DNA from: Dipteris shenzhenensis
Taxonomy: Eukaryota
Length of the DNA: 64,000 bases
NCBI GenBank assembly: GCA_047967505.1
Contig: CM106538.1
Direction: 5' to 3' (one strand)
In this document: positions 28,881-43,000 of the stretch, in pieces
How positions within the stretch are numbered: the first letter of the stretch is position 1
Layout of the letters: every line of letters starts with the position of its first letter
Translations under genes and position numbers: made by a program
The notes under the pieces: generated by a model
The model's database searches: none
Told to the model about the DNA's origin: nothing
What the model saw: only the letters and a program-made list of their open reading frames with translations

Positions 28881-29384
28881 GGAATGTAATGTTTGGTCTT
28901 TCTTCCATTCCTCATAATCAACATCTTGATGGAAGACACTTCATGATGTTGATCTTGAGGGAAGGTGTTGAGGATTCATCTCAACATCATGTGTTATCAT
29001 ATGTGCATAGCTTGAAACTTTTATGTGGGTAGGATGTTCTTCGGGTGTGGAGACAAAGAACAAAAAGACCATTCTTCTAAAGGGTCTGCCATCCAAATAC
29101 TCTGAGACGGAGAGAATATTAAGGCTCAATAACAATACTGATTATCTTGATTGTGTGACCCTTCTATTGAGTAAGGAGAAACGTGATGGCTTATTGCAAC
29201 TATTTGGTGATACTGCTTATATAGCAAAAGATAAAAAGCGACCATCAGGGAGTCACCAAGTAGCACTCTTTCTCTGATAAAGTGCTCTCTGACATCAATG
29301 TATTTTGTCCTGGAGTGATATACTAAATTCTTGACCAATCTGCATGCAAATTTCTTCCTTTTGGCCATGTCATTTACAAGTATT

Positions 29385-30472
29385 ACCATATGTGTCTATG
29401 TGCAATAGGTGTTAGTTTTCTAAGTGATTAGTTTAAGATTCATGTGCTCACAAATTATGATTTGGTTCGCATATCATTTTCATAGTTTGTCATGTATATG
29501 TCCTTGTTTGGGACCATGCATCATACATAATTGATAAAAAATATGCATCGATGGGCTTTTACCATATGTGTGCCCAATGGATATGCTAGTTTGCAAATTC
29601 CTTAATGTGAATAAGATTAATGTGTGTGAAAATTTTCATGTGCTTCGAATATCATTTACATATCACATTTCTTTGTTTTTTACCATGCATTTTGCAAGTG
29701 TTAAAAAATAAGCATCAATGGGCTCCTACTTACTTGTGTTTTCAATGGGTATGATACTTTATAGAGTTTTTAATGTCAGTAATATTCATGTTCCCACAAC
29801 TTTCAATGTGATTCATATATCATTTTTATTCTTTGGGATAAGTTTGGGATGTTGTTTCCTTGTTTTTTACAATGTATCATGCATATGTTAAAAAATATGC
29901 ATCGGTGGGATCCTATGATATGTGTATCTGTCCAATGGATATGATACTTTTCAAATCCCTTACTATGAATAATATTCATGTCGTTGTAATGTTTTATGTG
30001 GATCAAATATCATTACCATGATTGGACATGCATATTTTCTTGTTTTAATCATGCATCATGCATAAATGTTTAAAAATATGCATCAGTGAGCTTCTACCAT
30101 ATGTGTGTCTCCTATGGGTATGATACTTTGTAGAGGCCTTGACTAAGATTCATGTGCTCACAAATTTTAATATGGAAGAAAATATGCATGCCCAACCATG
30201 CCAATGATATCCAAACCACATAAAACTTTTGCAAGCATATGAATCTTACTCTCATTAAGTCCTCTTAACATTGACATACCCATCAGATACACACATATGG
30301 TAAAAGCTGATTGATGTATGTTTTTTAACACATGCATGATACATGGTCAAAAACAAGGATATATGTATGTCCAACCATTCAAATCATACTCAAACTGCTC
30401 AAAACTTTATGAGCACATCAATATCAATCATATTAGGTCCTCTAGAAATTATGATACCTATCAGACATAGAC
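29385..30472. repeat. Diverged ~175-185-bp tandem array whose orientation flips at ~30178
   Basis: ACCATATGTGT-like anchors at ~29385, 29561, 29730, 29916 and 30096; 30180-30472 is the reverse complement of the unit. Confidence 0.7.
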
Positions 30473-32835
30473 CGTGTAGAGTGTGTGTTTGAAGTAACTC
30501 ATAAGGTACAATGTATCATCACAAACAAAGCAACATCATAAGAGAATCAAGTAACTCAACGATGACTTGTGTTTACTTAAAGATGGCCCAAGCTCTAAAC
30601 AATAGATTACATAGGTCACAACAAAAACAGAGATTCATATACATCATTACAAGCAAAATGGAAAAAGAAGTTAAGGGTGTTAGCTAACCTCCAAATTTGG
30701 GTGCAAAAAGCCATGCAAGATAATAGATGAGCATGTTTGAGAAATTTTAAGGAGAAAAACTAGGAAGATCACCATATTCAAGTGGAACTTTAGGACGAGC
30801 AACAAAAGGGCTAGCAATACTTATCACAATAGATTGAGTGCCATACCAATCTAACCAGACTGTTTCTTCAAGGAAGCCATTGAAGAGCTCAACTAAATGT
30901 GCAACAAGCAAGCTACTAAAAGTCATTCCTAGTTAATACATAGAAAAATTCAAAGTAACCCAACAAGTCATTACTTACAAGGAAGCCGACCTAGCAAAAA
31001 GCAGATCCCCCCTCCCCCACAAAAAAGAACTAGAAAAGAACTTTCTATCAATGCTTAGGAAAAAAGGAAAAAGAAGAGATCGCTCCTCACCTTGTAGCAA
31101 CGTCAAATCCCAAACAAGTCGAACTCCACGACCATCTAAGTCATCAAAGAGCGGAGAAGTTCCTTGCTATGGCAAACCAAGGCTCACTAATCACCCAAGA
31201 TACAAAGGTGGCCGAGAATGGCCTAGAATCAAGTTTTATTACATAGGAGGAAAAAGATGATGCCCAAGTTAATTGCGGACCTAGCCGAGTGTCACAAATC
31301 GAAGCAAAGGCGAAGGAGGAGATTGGCCAAGAAATACCAACCAATAGCAAGCATTTAGAGGTTACTATAGAAACACAATCAAGAAATATTGGGAAAAATT
31401 CAACACCATGCCCTAACCCAACCCCAAGGTATCACATTGACGTACAAACAACTTATGCAACAAAGCAAGTACCACTTATACTTTTGAGCTATTTGCCAAC
31501 GACAATCAATCTCTTTACACTTATGTAGTTGCGCTAAACACTTGAGGAAGCTACTTTCTCAACCAAAGCTAAGACACAATTTTAGAGTACACCACTGAAG
31601 ACACTAAATCTGCGAGCAAAAGCCTAAACTTGCACTCACACTAGCAAGGCCAAGCGCAAGCAATCATGATGATAGGACAAGTCTAGATTTGGGCCACGTT
31701 ATGAAACAACTATAGCAATTGCCCCACTTGAGAAGTCTCGATTCAAGCCACAATGAAAGTTCATGGAGCTTACTGCAAGCACATGCCAAAGAGAGAACCC
31801 CCGCACTAAGCCTCGCCCGTGAAGCAATCTTCTCCACAATTGGATGTTCACACCCTTGTGATAACTAGCCACAAATATCCTTCAAGGTTCACCGCATGAG
31901 ACCATGGTGGTTCAAGAGGAGTGTACTCCCAAACATAAGACCAAGTCCTTCAATTGAGAGCGACATAAGGAGTGGCATAGGCTGAGGCACATACGAGGGT
32001 GTCAACAAGTAAAGGCTAAGAGAGTATGAGCAGAAAAGGTGCTATCACCGAATGGACAACCGTTAAGGAAACTGCTGAGATAGATACCTTGGAGAAAGCA
32101 TAATCTAAATTGACTATTCCACTTGTGCAGCCAGCTTGGTTAAAGCATTTGTTGAAGACAATACGTTGTCTACAACACGTGGTTGCCTTTACACGTCAAT
32201 ATAGGCTATTTGCTCCATGCATCATTTCCAGGGTTCATGATACAATGTTTTGCACTACACCCATCGTTGCATATCCAGCCTGCTTTGTTTTTCTTACTAA
32301 TTGGCACAGCTAGTCATAAATTATTGTTCTCAAAAACCAAGCTTACTCTGTAGGTGCTAGCCCAAATTTCTTGTACATTTGTTGGTTCTTTCCAAAAGCT
32401 GTAATCTGATAGTTGTAAGGGGGGGGGAAATGTTGTTAAGCAAGCACAAGAGCTTTTTAAAAAGCTCAAGAGGCCTTGCATCTCCAAATGAAGGTTCAGA
32501 AGCTGTGTGAATCTGCAATCAATGGACTACCTCAATTCTGTGCTGGTTTGCACTCTTCTCAAAAGTCTCTGGGGACGTTATCATAAAGCCCAAAAAAGGA
32601 AATAAACACATGGTTTTCTAATGCCATCATTCTGCATTTCAATAACCAAACAGCTGGTACCTTCCTTGCCATAGTGCTGTTATGCGTGCAAATGATAAGA
32701 GGGGTGTATGCCCTGAATGCACATTAGTTTTGCAGGTGCTTGAGTTCATGACATAATGACCTGCTGCTTCCAACAGAAATTCCCATACACATGTATTATT
32801 ACAGATTGTCAGCAGACCAGCTCCTAGTTTGACTT

Positions 32836-32918
32836 TCAAACTTCAGCACAATATGGCTCATCAAGGTTTTCATTCTCAAACTTTGATGATGCAATCTGAT
32901 CAGAAACCTCGCTTTTTC
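32836..32918 (-). CDS. PARN: Putative last coding exon of PARN-like gene
   Basis: TGCAG acceptor, phase-compatible with the donor after 33208; reads GKSEVSDQIASSKFENENLDEPYCAEV-stop. No strong homology support. Confidence 0.45.
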
Positions 32919-33207
32919 CTGCACATTTGAAGGAACCCATTGCATTCAGGCATTAGATGGACTAAATTCGCGATGACGTTATGGAATACAATTCTAAAGC
33001 CAATTGATATGAGTTACTTAGGGGGTTGAAATTGAAATTCTAGTTGTGCCTGCTTGTCAATATCACATCTCTAGCCGTTCACGAGTCCGGGGTCTCGATT
33101 GTACCCTAGCCACAGATTTCTCGGAGTCCCTTCCCAAATTACATTGACATTATATGGCCAGCTGAAAATTTAGAACATGGACAAATACTAGCAGAAAGTC
33201 CAATTAC

Positions 33208-33434
33208 CTTCTCTTGTTTCTTTTTCTGCCCTTAAATCGAAAGCCATGTGTCCAAGATTTAGTAAATTCATGTGTTCTGCAATTCCTGAAGCTTTTTCAG
33301 CTTTGCCAGGGGAGAGAGATTGAAGAGTCTTAACATCAACATGCAGAAGACGGCAGATCTGCGCAAATACAGATCCCGTCATGAATGCATCATAACCAGC
33401 TTCATGTAATAAATTACCATCAGAGTCTTGGTAC
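33208..33434 (-). CDS. PARN: PARN/CAF1-family deadenylase exon with catalytic HEAGYD motif
   Basis: LHEAGYDAFMTGSVFAQIC; CAG acceptor and GT donor in phase. Confidence 0.9.
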
Positions 33435-33558
33435 CTGCAGTGATGCACCGCCACACAATCAGCCTTCAAACATTCACTGGCTTGATTTGGATGAGCAGCC
33501 TTTTACACCCCAAAAAAATAAGAAGGCATGTCTCGTCAGAGAGTTTGAAACCACCCAC

Positions 33559-33844
33559 CTCTTGAATCCAGTCATAATTTCTATTTCAACTTTTTGAGAA
33601 AGCCGATTGAGGCTTCTTGCAAATCTGGCAGCCCCAGTGTTCACATCCTTTGGTTTGCACAAGTAAGAGTATACAGCACTCAATGAAGTATGTCTTTGTG
33701 CCCATGATGCACGAAGGGTCTGCTCAAATTTCATAAGATACTTTGTATCTATGATATAGGGGAAGTGAGTTAAAAGCGAAGCCGAAAATTCTGCAGCTGT
33801 CGTAGGGAGTGGTGCAATGAACTTGCTATATATATGGGCTAAAT
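33559..33844 (-). CDS. PARN: PARN/CAF1-family exon
   Basis: DLAHIYSKFIAPLP...FPYIIDTKYLM...TSLS; AG/GT borders in phase. Confidence 0.9.
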
Positions 33845-34027
33845 CTGCACCATTGAAAAGCAAAAAGTAGGTGGGCAACTGTCAGTCTGTTGCAATATAG
33901 TCAAATTATTCTTGTGCGAGTTCTCTGTACCTTGCAAACAGCCTAGCTCTGAGATAAACTCTCAGAGATGTCATTAGATTGCAACTACCCCAAGGACAAA
34001 AGCAAACATAAGCATGTCGACCATTAC

Positions 34028-34154
34028 CAAGAGCACAATTATGTCCAACAACAGGCTTTCTGGACATCACCAATGCATCAATGACATGCCGAAAACCAAT
34101 CGCTTCATTTATCAAGACCTCCTGAGATGGGTTACTTCCTTTTTCCAATCCATT
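34028..34154 (-). CDS. PARN: PARN/CAF1-family exon
   Basis: EAIGFRHVIDAL...KPVVGHNCAL(D); AG/GT borders in phase. Confidence 0.9.
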
Positions 34155-34486
34155 CTGCATTTTTAACATTAAGAAGCCTTGAGAAGTCAACCTGAGACAA
34201 AAAGTCCTTACCTCAAAAAGGTAGAACACCCTAAACGTTTTAAAATTCCATAAAGAGAGAACACCCTGAACCTTTGAAGATATAACACCTTAAATGGAAT
34301 GATAAAGGAAGGATGCAAGGGATTAAGCTCATCAAGCAAGCCATCAGCATTAACAGAAGTCTCACCGTTTTTCTACATAGCAAAAACAGACATTTTATAG
34401 ACATCTTCCCATCATCATTTTTTGCCTTGCAGACCACAAAACTCCCCACAGCAACACTAGCACCTTTCTGACAAGACCGCACTGAC

Positions 34487-34606
34487 CTTCAATAACACCA
34501 AGTCCTCTCTTGAGCTCGTAAATATAATTGTAATCTCAAGCGGTGGACTAGGCACAGAGGCAATCCTTACGACCGGAACAAGATCCTGGAAATGCTTGTC
34601 TAAAAC
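34487..34606 (-). CDS. PARN: PARN/CAF1-family exon
   Basis: VLDKHFQDLV...IIFTSSREDL; 120 nt, phase 0/0, AG/GT borders. Confidence 0.75.
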
Positions 34607-34969
34607 CTGCACAGTCCTTTAGAACTTTCAATAAACACCTCTGACCTGTGACATGAGAATGAATTCAAAGAGTACAAAAGAGAAAATCTTGTGTTGAAAC
34701 ATATGCAACTTTATAAAATGCTCACTTATATGGCATTATGACCAACTGCCATTTGCTTGAAAAGGTAGACACTGTTAAATCTGATGAGATTTCTGTTTCC
34801 CTTCCTTTTGGTGTTATTTGAAAATGTATTTATGAAACAAAGAAAGAAATAGAAATAGAAATTTACATCTGCTAAAGAAAATGCAACAAATTGGTCTCAA
34901 CACTTAGATAGAACTCCACCACACAGACTGCTAAAACAGAGAAAACCAGATGTAGGATTGATGAATCAC

Positions 34970-35355
34970 CTGTTGGGCAAGACAAACTTGATGGTGATTT
35001 TCCAGTCGAAGAGTAAAAGATGGGCGTCCACCTAAAATTTGACAGCCTGATAATTTCTCCGCGTGTGGAACTGTAGCTTGGAATCCATCCAACGTGGGGG
35101 CGGTTCCAGATATATCAGCAGATGTTTTGATCAAGTGAATTTCATCATCCCCAAGAGAATTCCAATCTAGACTGCAGCTTTTAAGTTTTTTACGCCATTT
35201 TGCCAGTTCGACACGCAACTTTTCAAAAAATATAACATCAGAAGTGCTGCTCAAAGTTGTTGTACTTCTAAACTGCTCCACTTTAGGAGGACTACATTCA
35301 CTGACCAGCCGAAGCCTTGCTTCTGCCTCTTGCGGCTTTGATAAGTACGATATCC
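34970..35355 (-). CDS. PARN: PARN/CAF1-family exon
   Basis: GISYLSKPQE...; open frame, TGCAG acceptor, phase 1 matching the exon at 62750-62880. Confidence 0.88.
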
Positions 35356-35480
35356 CTGCAATAAATTAAAACATATATGCATTAGACACATTGCTCCATT
35401 TGCTTCTAGGCTGAGACTCATAGTTCCTGAACTCTAAAGGAAGTAATCTTAAACAAACAGTCAATAAAGTCAGACCAGCC

Positions 35481-36700
35481 TGTTGGAGATATCATAGTCA
35501 AAGAGTGTGTTAGTGTGTAGTACTAGGAGATCTAGTACTAGTCTATGTGAGTGAGTCTTGTGTGAGTGTGTCATCATGGGACTTATCCCATATGCACTAG
35601 GTGCTGGTGTGTGAGTGAGTAGCCTATATAAGGCTTGTACTTCACTTGTCTTGTTACACTTGATGAATAAATGAAAGCCTTTGTCATGTCTTCATTTGAG
35701 CATCATTTCCTCACACCAACCTTCTCTCTCTCTCTCTCTCTCCCTTCACCATGTTTCTAACATGGTATCAGAGCCACCTTCCATAGCTGCTGCCACATCA
35801 CCCTTGCCCTAACCCTATTTCTGCTTCAGCCCTTCTTCCTGCAGCCTGCAGCCGCCTCAGCCCTTCTTCGTTTCGCCCTGTTTTACCTCCATTTTCTAGC
35901 TGTTTGCACCCGGCTAGAGCCTCTCCACAGCCTGCCTTCATTGCCGCCTCCATTCAGGAGTTTTTGGAGCTTTAGGCGCCCTTGGCAGCCTATTACTTGC
36001 TGGTCATCTCATTGTGCCTGCACGTGTGGACCTTTCAGGGCTGTTTCGAAGTTCATCACCAAAATCGACTTTTAATGTGCTGCTGCTGCATAGCCGCCTT
36101 CAACAGAGCCACTTCCGAGCTATTTCCAGCGCTCCAGCATACATATACCAGCCGACTTTTACTATGGTGACCTGCTGCAGCAGTTTGGAGTGCCTTGCTG
36201 AGCCGCTTTGCAGATTTCGAGACCCACCTTTGCCTCTGGAGCACCTACAGCCGACTTTGGACTTTGGGCCCTGCTGCGTGTATTTTAGAGCATTTACAGC
36301 CACCGCCTATCTGCTGCGAACATCTACAAGAGCTCTGAAGCATTCAAAGCTGTTCCAGGGAGCTGCTTTTCACTTTGGAGCTGTCCTGCATCATTTCGAG
36401 GTGTAATCTTGCTGCTTTTTTATCAGGGTTTGCCTTTCTAGACACCCTCTTGCTGCATTTTGATCAGGGTTTACATTTTGGAGCCTCCAAGGCTCTTCTT
36501 CGCATTCGGTGACTCTCCGATCGGCACATTGAGAGTCATGACATGATGTCCCTTGGTAGCTGCTCCTATGGCCTTCATCGACACATCATTCGAGGGCATC
36601 CTCGCCTAGTTCTATTCGAGGGCATCCTTGCCTAGTTCTTCACCGACATACCTCTTCGCATCAGGATGTGCACACTCTTGTGCGGTAGCTACTTCGGGAT
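35481..36700 (+). mobile_element. Truncated LTR element: 5' LTR (35481-35762), tRNA-iMet PBS and leader
   Basis: TGTT...AACA with an internal TATA box, followed by TGGTATCAGAGCC; no matching second LTR found. Confidence 0.75.
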
Positions 36701-37033
36701 CATGGGTTCTCTGCCCTTGCTATGCATAAAATGAATGAAAATATTTCTATGTTTGTGTTGAGTCACATAAAGGTTCTCAGCCTTGAGTTGTCCCTCTAAA
36801 TTGAATGTATTTGGAGTCAATAAGAGGTACTCTACCCTGGGTTGTCCCCAAAAAAGATTGTATAGTGTTTCACTTTGGTTGATGGTTTTGACCACCCAGT
36901 TCAAAGTAAGGGGGGATGACGAGTGATGGTTTGCCCTTGCCGGTCGCAAGCTAACTGAGAAGTCACTATCACACGGGAGGTGTTTGATAGTTGGACTTGC
37001 TCTTTGCAGTATTGCAGTGGAGGGAGATAGGAG

Positions 37034-40000
37034 GGGGCCTTCTAAACTTCACATGTGTGTTTTTCTCTCTCATCTTCTCCCTTTGTTGAGATTTCGGACT
37101 GGTTTTTCAGCCTCCTTCAGCTGAATTCCGTTTTTCTTCATAACTCCTCACCCGTTTGGATTCCTCAACTTCCGTTTGGCCCAATGGCTTCCCCTCTGCC
37201 TCCCCTTCGTAGTGATATGCTTTTCCCTCCGTGCGTTTGGTAGAACGGGCAGAGCTGAGCACTTCTTTTGCTGGTCGAATTTGCAAAAGTGGCTTTTTCT
37301 GGACCTTTTTTCTTCTACCGCCTCCTGGGCCTCTCCTCTTGCAAAGCTACAGCTTTCTGTTGAATTTCGAGTGGTTCGACGCGCTGGTTGACTGGTTTTT
37401 CTCAGTTTTGGAGGACATTCCGGCGATGAAACTTCTCCAAAACCTTCTCAATGCATTCCTCTCTGAAGCACGCTTCTTTTGAGCCCAAGAACTCCCACTT
37501 CTTCGCGACAGAAGTGTTTCTTTTCGCATTTTTCAGTGGAATTCTTGCTGGTCGGCTCTTGTAAATGCTCTTTCTTCGTGCCTTTGCACTCCTCTTTGGC
37601 TGAGAATGCAATTGGGCATTGGCTACTATGTCCTCTTGGCGATTGAGGACTTGGTTCGAGTCTTCAGGGCTTGGTGAGTTGTGATTTTGCTACTGCAATT
37701 TCTTTTTGCCATAAGCTATTGGTTGGCCTCGTGTGCCGCCTCTTTCTTGGCTCACAGGTGCCCAGGCAGTGCTATATGAGTCATTCTTTGGTTGGGTACT
37801 TTGCTGATTTTATTTTGGAGCTTTGAAAAGCTTTGTGAATGCCATCTGGAAACCACTCAAAGAGAGTGCAACTGGGGTGCAGTGTGATTGCATCTGGACA
37901 GCCAATGGAATTGCACTCGGAAAAGAGAATGCCTTTGGGTTGAGCCTACGGGTTAAGTGCACTTATGTGATGGTGTTATATGCTTGAAAGCCTTGCGAAG
38001 GCTTAGTGAATTGGGGCTGCGTGCTCGATTGCAGGGAAGGTCTCCCAGATGCAACTTGTAATCATTTCACTGTGAAATATAAAGAAATACCGAAAGGGGC
38101 GCCACGGTGTTTGGGGCCAATCGGGTGCACTTGTCTATGTCTGTTGAGCAGGGGCATTCTAGCCTCCATCCCTTTTTCAGTGGTTTTGTTTGTGAACAAA
38201 TGGGTAAATGCCAAATGGTGATCATGCAATGGTTAATGGTTGTGATATATGCTTTGTGAGCTGTAAATAAGTGCTGAAGTGATTAAAGGTTTAGTTCCAC
38301 TGTCCTCTGAGTGATTAGAGGCCGGTTTCATTGGTTCCATTGCCGGGATACCACACACTCGTTCTCAAGAGGTGGGCCTCGGTAGTTTGGTGGAAGGATA
38401 TCTTTGCTGCACTTTTTGACAGCTGAATATTACAACCATAAACATGGTGAGTACCCATGAGCAAGAGAGCTCCACAACTCCTCAAAGGAGAAGGCAGGAA
38501 AGCCTTAACGATCCAGCTAGTGTACAGCTGCAAGAAGCACAACAAATGCCTTTTGAGCAGGCCACACATGAAGCTACAACTGAGCTCAACGGTGATACTA
38601 GTTCTAGCAGTGAGTCAGATGATGCTACTATGTTGAATGCACAGCTTGCAAGTGCAGTGACTGCTTTGACTCAGCTGGCTCAAAATTTGGCTCAGATTGT
38701 GCAAACAAATGCCAAGAAGAAGAAGAAATCAAGAAAGCACAAGCAGAGAAAGAGTGAGTACACACATGCATCAGCTTCTCATGGCGGACCGCACACTCAT
38801 GCATCAGTTTCCCATGAGGGACAGCCATCTAAAATGACTCAGAAAGTGACTTCCAAGAGAGAGGAATCGCCCAAAAGAGCACTTAAGAAAGAGGTACAAA
38901 AAGTACAGCCAGTGCAACAGTATGAGCAGCCAGCACAAGGCCTTGGTTTGGGTATTTCTACTCCTCAAAATAATAATGTGCAGTCCATAAATGTGGCTCA
39001 ACCACCTCAGCCATATTTGAGGCAGCAACCTGAATATTTTGGTACAGATTCGATCTTTGATGCTATGTTGATTTCACCGCCAATTGGGCATAGAAAACAA
39101 GTCATGTATGACAATGTGGGAGCCAAGCATGGCTCTCCCTAGTGAAGGGAATGCTGCAAATATACAGCCATCTTTGGGACAGCCAATATCAAATGTATAT
39201 AAAGAATTTAAGGATGGTGGTTCTCATGTCAAGTTTGATACATATAATGGAGTACGGGACAGGTACAAAGCCCTCACATTCCTTCAACAGTTTGATGCTG
39301 CATTTCTTGGGGGTTTGTTTACAGAAGCATCCAAGATGAGGAAGGTTGCCACATTTTTGAAAGGCAATGCACTTAAGTGGTACACCAACCTTATGCTTCA
39401 TGGAGATGCACCTACTACTTGGCTGGAATTTAAGCAAGTGTTCTCTTCTACTTGGCTTACTCCAACTTTTGAAGTTGAAGTACTTTCACACTGGCATGAC
39501 TTGTCATACAAACTTTGCAAGAATCTTGATGATTACACCCAGAGGTTTTGGGATGTTTTGCTGCCATTGAGCTCTTACAGGCATGTTTCTTTGAAAGAGC
39601 AAATAGAGAGGTACTGTTGTGGATTGCCTAGTGAGCTACGTGATTATTGCATCAAAACCAAGGTGGGTTCTATAACTCAATTAATTGAGAATGCAAGGAC
39701 AGCATATGCATGGATGCAGGAGAAGAATTTGGGCTTTATGGACAGCAAGAAAGAAGACAACAAACGGGCTGCCAAACACCAAGATAAGGACATCAAATCT
39801 GAAAATAAAAATTATGACAAACGACCGTTTCAAAAGGGAGGAAAAGCCCAATTCAAAGCTGGTCAAAGGCGTGGACAGCCTAATAAACAGCCCCGTACCA
39901 AGTTATCTGATGAAGAGAAAAAGTCACTCATGGAGCAAAACAAATGTTTTATATGCAAAGGAGAGGGACACCGCTCTTATGATTGCCCATTCAAGAAAAG

Positions 40001-43000
40001 AGACAGGTCACATGATGATAAGAATGGTGATAAACAGGCTGATCGGAAGGGCAAAAAGCCTAAACCTTCTGCAGGACTTCTTCCAGATGTGATAGGGAGT
40101 TTGCCACATGCACATGATGAAGAGGAAATGAAAAAGACTGAGATGTGCAGAGCATGGGGAAAAATCAGAAATCAAAATTGTTTGTTTTTCTTTGATTCTG
40201 GGACAAAGGCAAATTTCATAACTCCTGATATGGCAGGAAGGCTTGGCATTGAGCCTGAGGAAATGGGGCCATCCGGCATGTGTGATATGGCCAACCCTGA
40301 ACTCAACACACCTGTCACTCCTATCATTGGCAAGTTGAGGATGCATATCCAGGGATATCAGGATGCAGAGGACTTCTACATTATGCCTTTGCCAGAGTGT
40401 GATGCTTTGCTTGGGATGCCTTGGATGTACAGGGTGGGGGCTGATGTGCAGATGAGAAACAAGAAGATTTCTTTAACTCATAGAGGCAAAAATCATGTAC
40501 TTGATGTAAATTTGAAAGGGGAGTCCATCCCTCTAGTTTCAGCTTCTTGTATTTCCAATGTAATAAAGCGTCATATTTCAGCGTACTTGATTTTTGTCAA
40601 AGAGGACAGCCAACCAGTTCAGGAAGGTTCTACTCTTTCTGCTTTAGATAGAGAAAGGGCTGCTTTTATTTCAGATTTTCAGGATTGTTTCTCAGATGCA
40701 CTTCCTCAAGAATTACCTCCCAAGAGGCCCGAGGATCATCAAATTGATTCTTGGAAAAGGAATTAATACAGCCAAGTAATTCTCCTTACTGTTCCCCTGT
40801 GTTGCTTGTGCAAAAGAAGGATGGCAGTTGGAGAATGTGTATTGATTATAGGGCTTTGAATAAAGTCACAATTAAGAACCGTTTTCCAATTCCACGCATT
40901 GATGATATATTGGATCGGTTGGAAGGTCCCTCAATGTTCAGTCGTATTGACCTTAAAAGTGGATACCATCAGATAAGGATACGGCCTGAAGATGTCTACA
41001 AGACTGCCTTCCGCACTTCATTTGGCTTATATGAGTTCCTTGTGATGCCTTTTGGTTTGACTAATGCACCTGCCACTTTCAATAGAATGATGGACAGAAT
41101 TTTTAGAGCACACAGAAAGTTTGTGGGCACTTTCTTCGATGACATCATTGTGTTCTCTAAAAATGAGCAGGAGCACAGGAAACACCTCACTATTGTGTTT
41201 CAAGAATAAACACCAAGAAAAGTGAGTTCTTTATGCATGAGATTCATTTTCTCGGTCATATAGTGTCAAAGGATGGAGTCAAGATGGATCCTGCAAAAGT
41301 TGAGGCCATGAGGAGTTGGCCAATTTTGAAAAATCTGCATGAAGTCAGAAGCTTTCTTGGGTTTTGTTCATACTATCGGAGGTTTATAAAGTACTTTGCA
41401 GAAATTGCTTCTCCCTTGCATGCTTTACAAAAGAAAGCTGTACCGTTTCGGTGGGGACCAAAGGAAAATGCAGCTTTTGAAGAGCTGAAGCAAAAGTTGT
41501 GTTCTGAACCCGTTATTATCTTGCCAGATCTTGCAAAACCCTTTGCTGTAACTTGTGATGCATGTGGAAACAGCATAGGAGGCACTTTGATGCAGGATGG
41601 CAGAGTGGTTGCATATGAGAGTAGAGTTCTCAAAGATGCTGAATTGTACTTGCAGATATACGAGAAGGAAATGTTAGCAGTGATACATGCTTTGACCACA
41701 TGGAAACATTACCTTCTTGGAGCTGATTTTTATGTGCAGACAGATCATCAGTCACTTAGATATTTTCTCACGCAGAGAAAATTATCTGAAAAGCACATGA
41801 GATGGGCTAACTTCCTCTCAATGTTTCATTTTCAAATTGTACATGTGCCGGGTAACAAAAATGTCATGGCTGATGCACTTTCCAGGAAACCACAGCCTGA
41901 AGCAGTCTCCAAGAAACCCAGTGTTTCAGCAGTGAGCATTGCTTACAACAATGTGTTAGATGTGATGAAAGATCAGTATGTTAATGACGTTGATTTTTCA
42001 GCTATTTATGAACGGCTTTCTGATGGTCAAAGGCATGATCACTATATGTTGAAAGAGGGTTTCATTTTGATGCATGGACGACTCTGTGTCACTGATCAGA
42101 TGCGACAAAAAGTCATAATGGAAAGTCATGCTCCTCCATATGCAGGACATAGGGGAATTACAGCAACAATTACAGCAGTGGAGCAATACTTTTATTGGCC
42201 ATCTTTGAGGAAAGATGTGGAAGAATATGTGAGAACATGCATGGTTTGTCAGAAAGTAAAGTTTGACAGGCAGAAGGCACCTGGGTTGTTACACCCTTTG
42301 CCAATTCCGGATAGACCATGGCAAAGCATAGCTATGGATTTTGTGTATGATCTTCCACGTACTCCTACTGGACATGATGGATTGTGGACAATAATTTGCA
42401 GGTTTAGCAAACAAGCCCACTTTGTGCCAGTAAGAAAGAAAATTACAGCAGATCAAATGGCCAAATTGTTTTTGCAGCATGTCTTTAAGTATCATGGGAT
42501 GCCTGAATCCATAATCAGTGATAGAGATCCAAGGATGACCAGCCTCTTTTGGAGAGGACTGTTTGAAAATATGGGCACTACGCTGAATTTTTCGTCATCT
42601 TTTCACCCTCAGTCTGATGGACAATCGGAGCAGGAAAACTCTACCATCTTGGATATGTTTAAATGCTATGTCTCAGACCACAAAAGCAAATGGGAGCATT
42701 ATTTACCTTTGCTGGAATATGCTTACAATAATACGGTGCACACATCCACAGGTAAAGCACCTTTTGAAATAGTGGAAGGTGCTAGGAAGATACCTCCCAT
42801 TTTGCATACAAAAGAGAAAATCTTCGAAGCTGATCGTTTTGTGGAAAGCCTTGAAGAGGCTTACAAGAAGATCAAATATGCCTTGCAAAGAAGTCAAGTG
42901 CTGCGTTTTCAGAAGGCAAGGCTGAAAAATAAGAAAGGCAAGGAAAGGTTGCACACAAAGCTGAACATGCGTTACTATGGTCCTTTCCAGGTTTCTGAAA

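Noticed and set aside
38444-39142. Separate extra ORF or programmed frameshift upstream of gag
   Set aside because: No clear slippery site and the element has other indels; a mutational frameshift is simpler.
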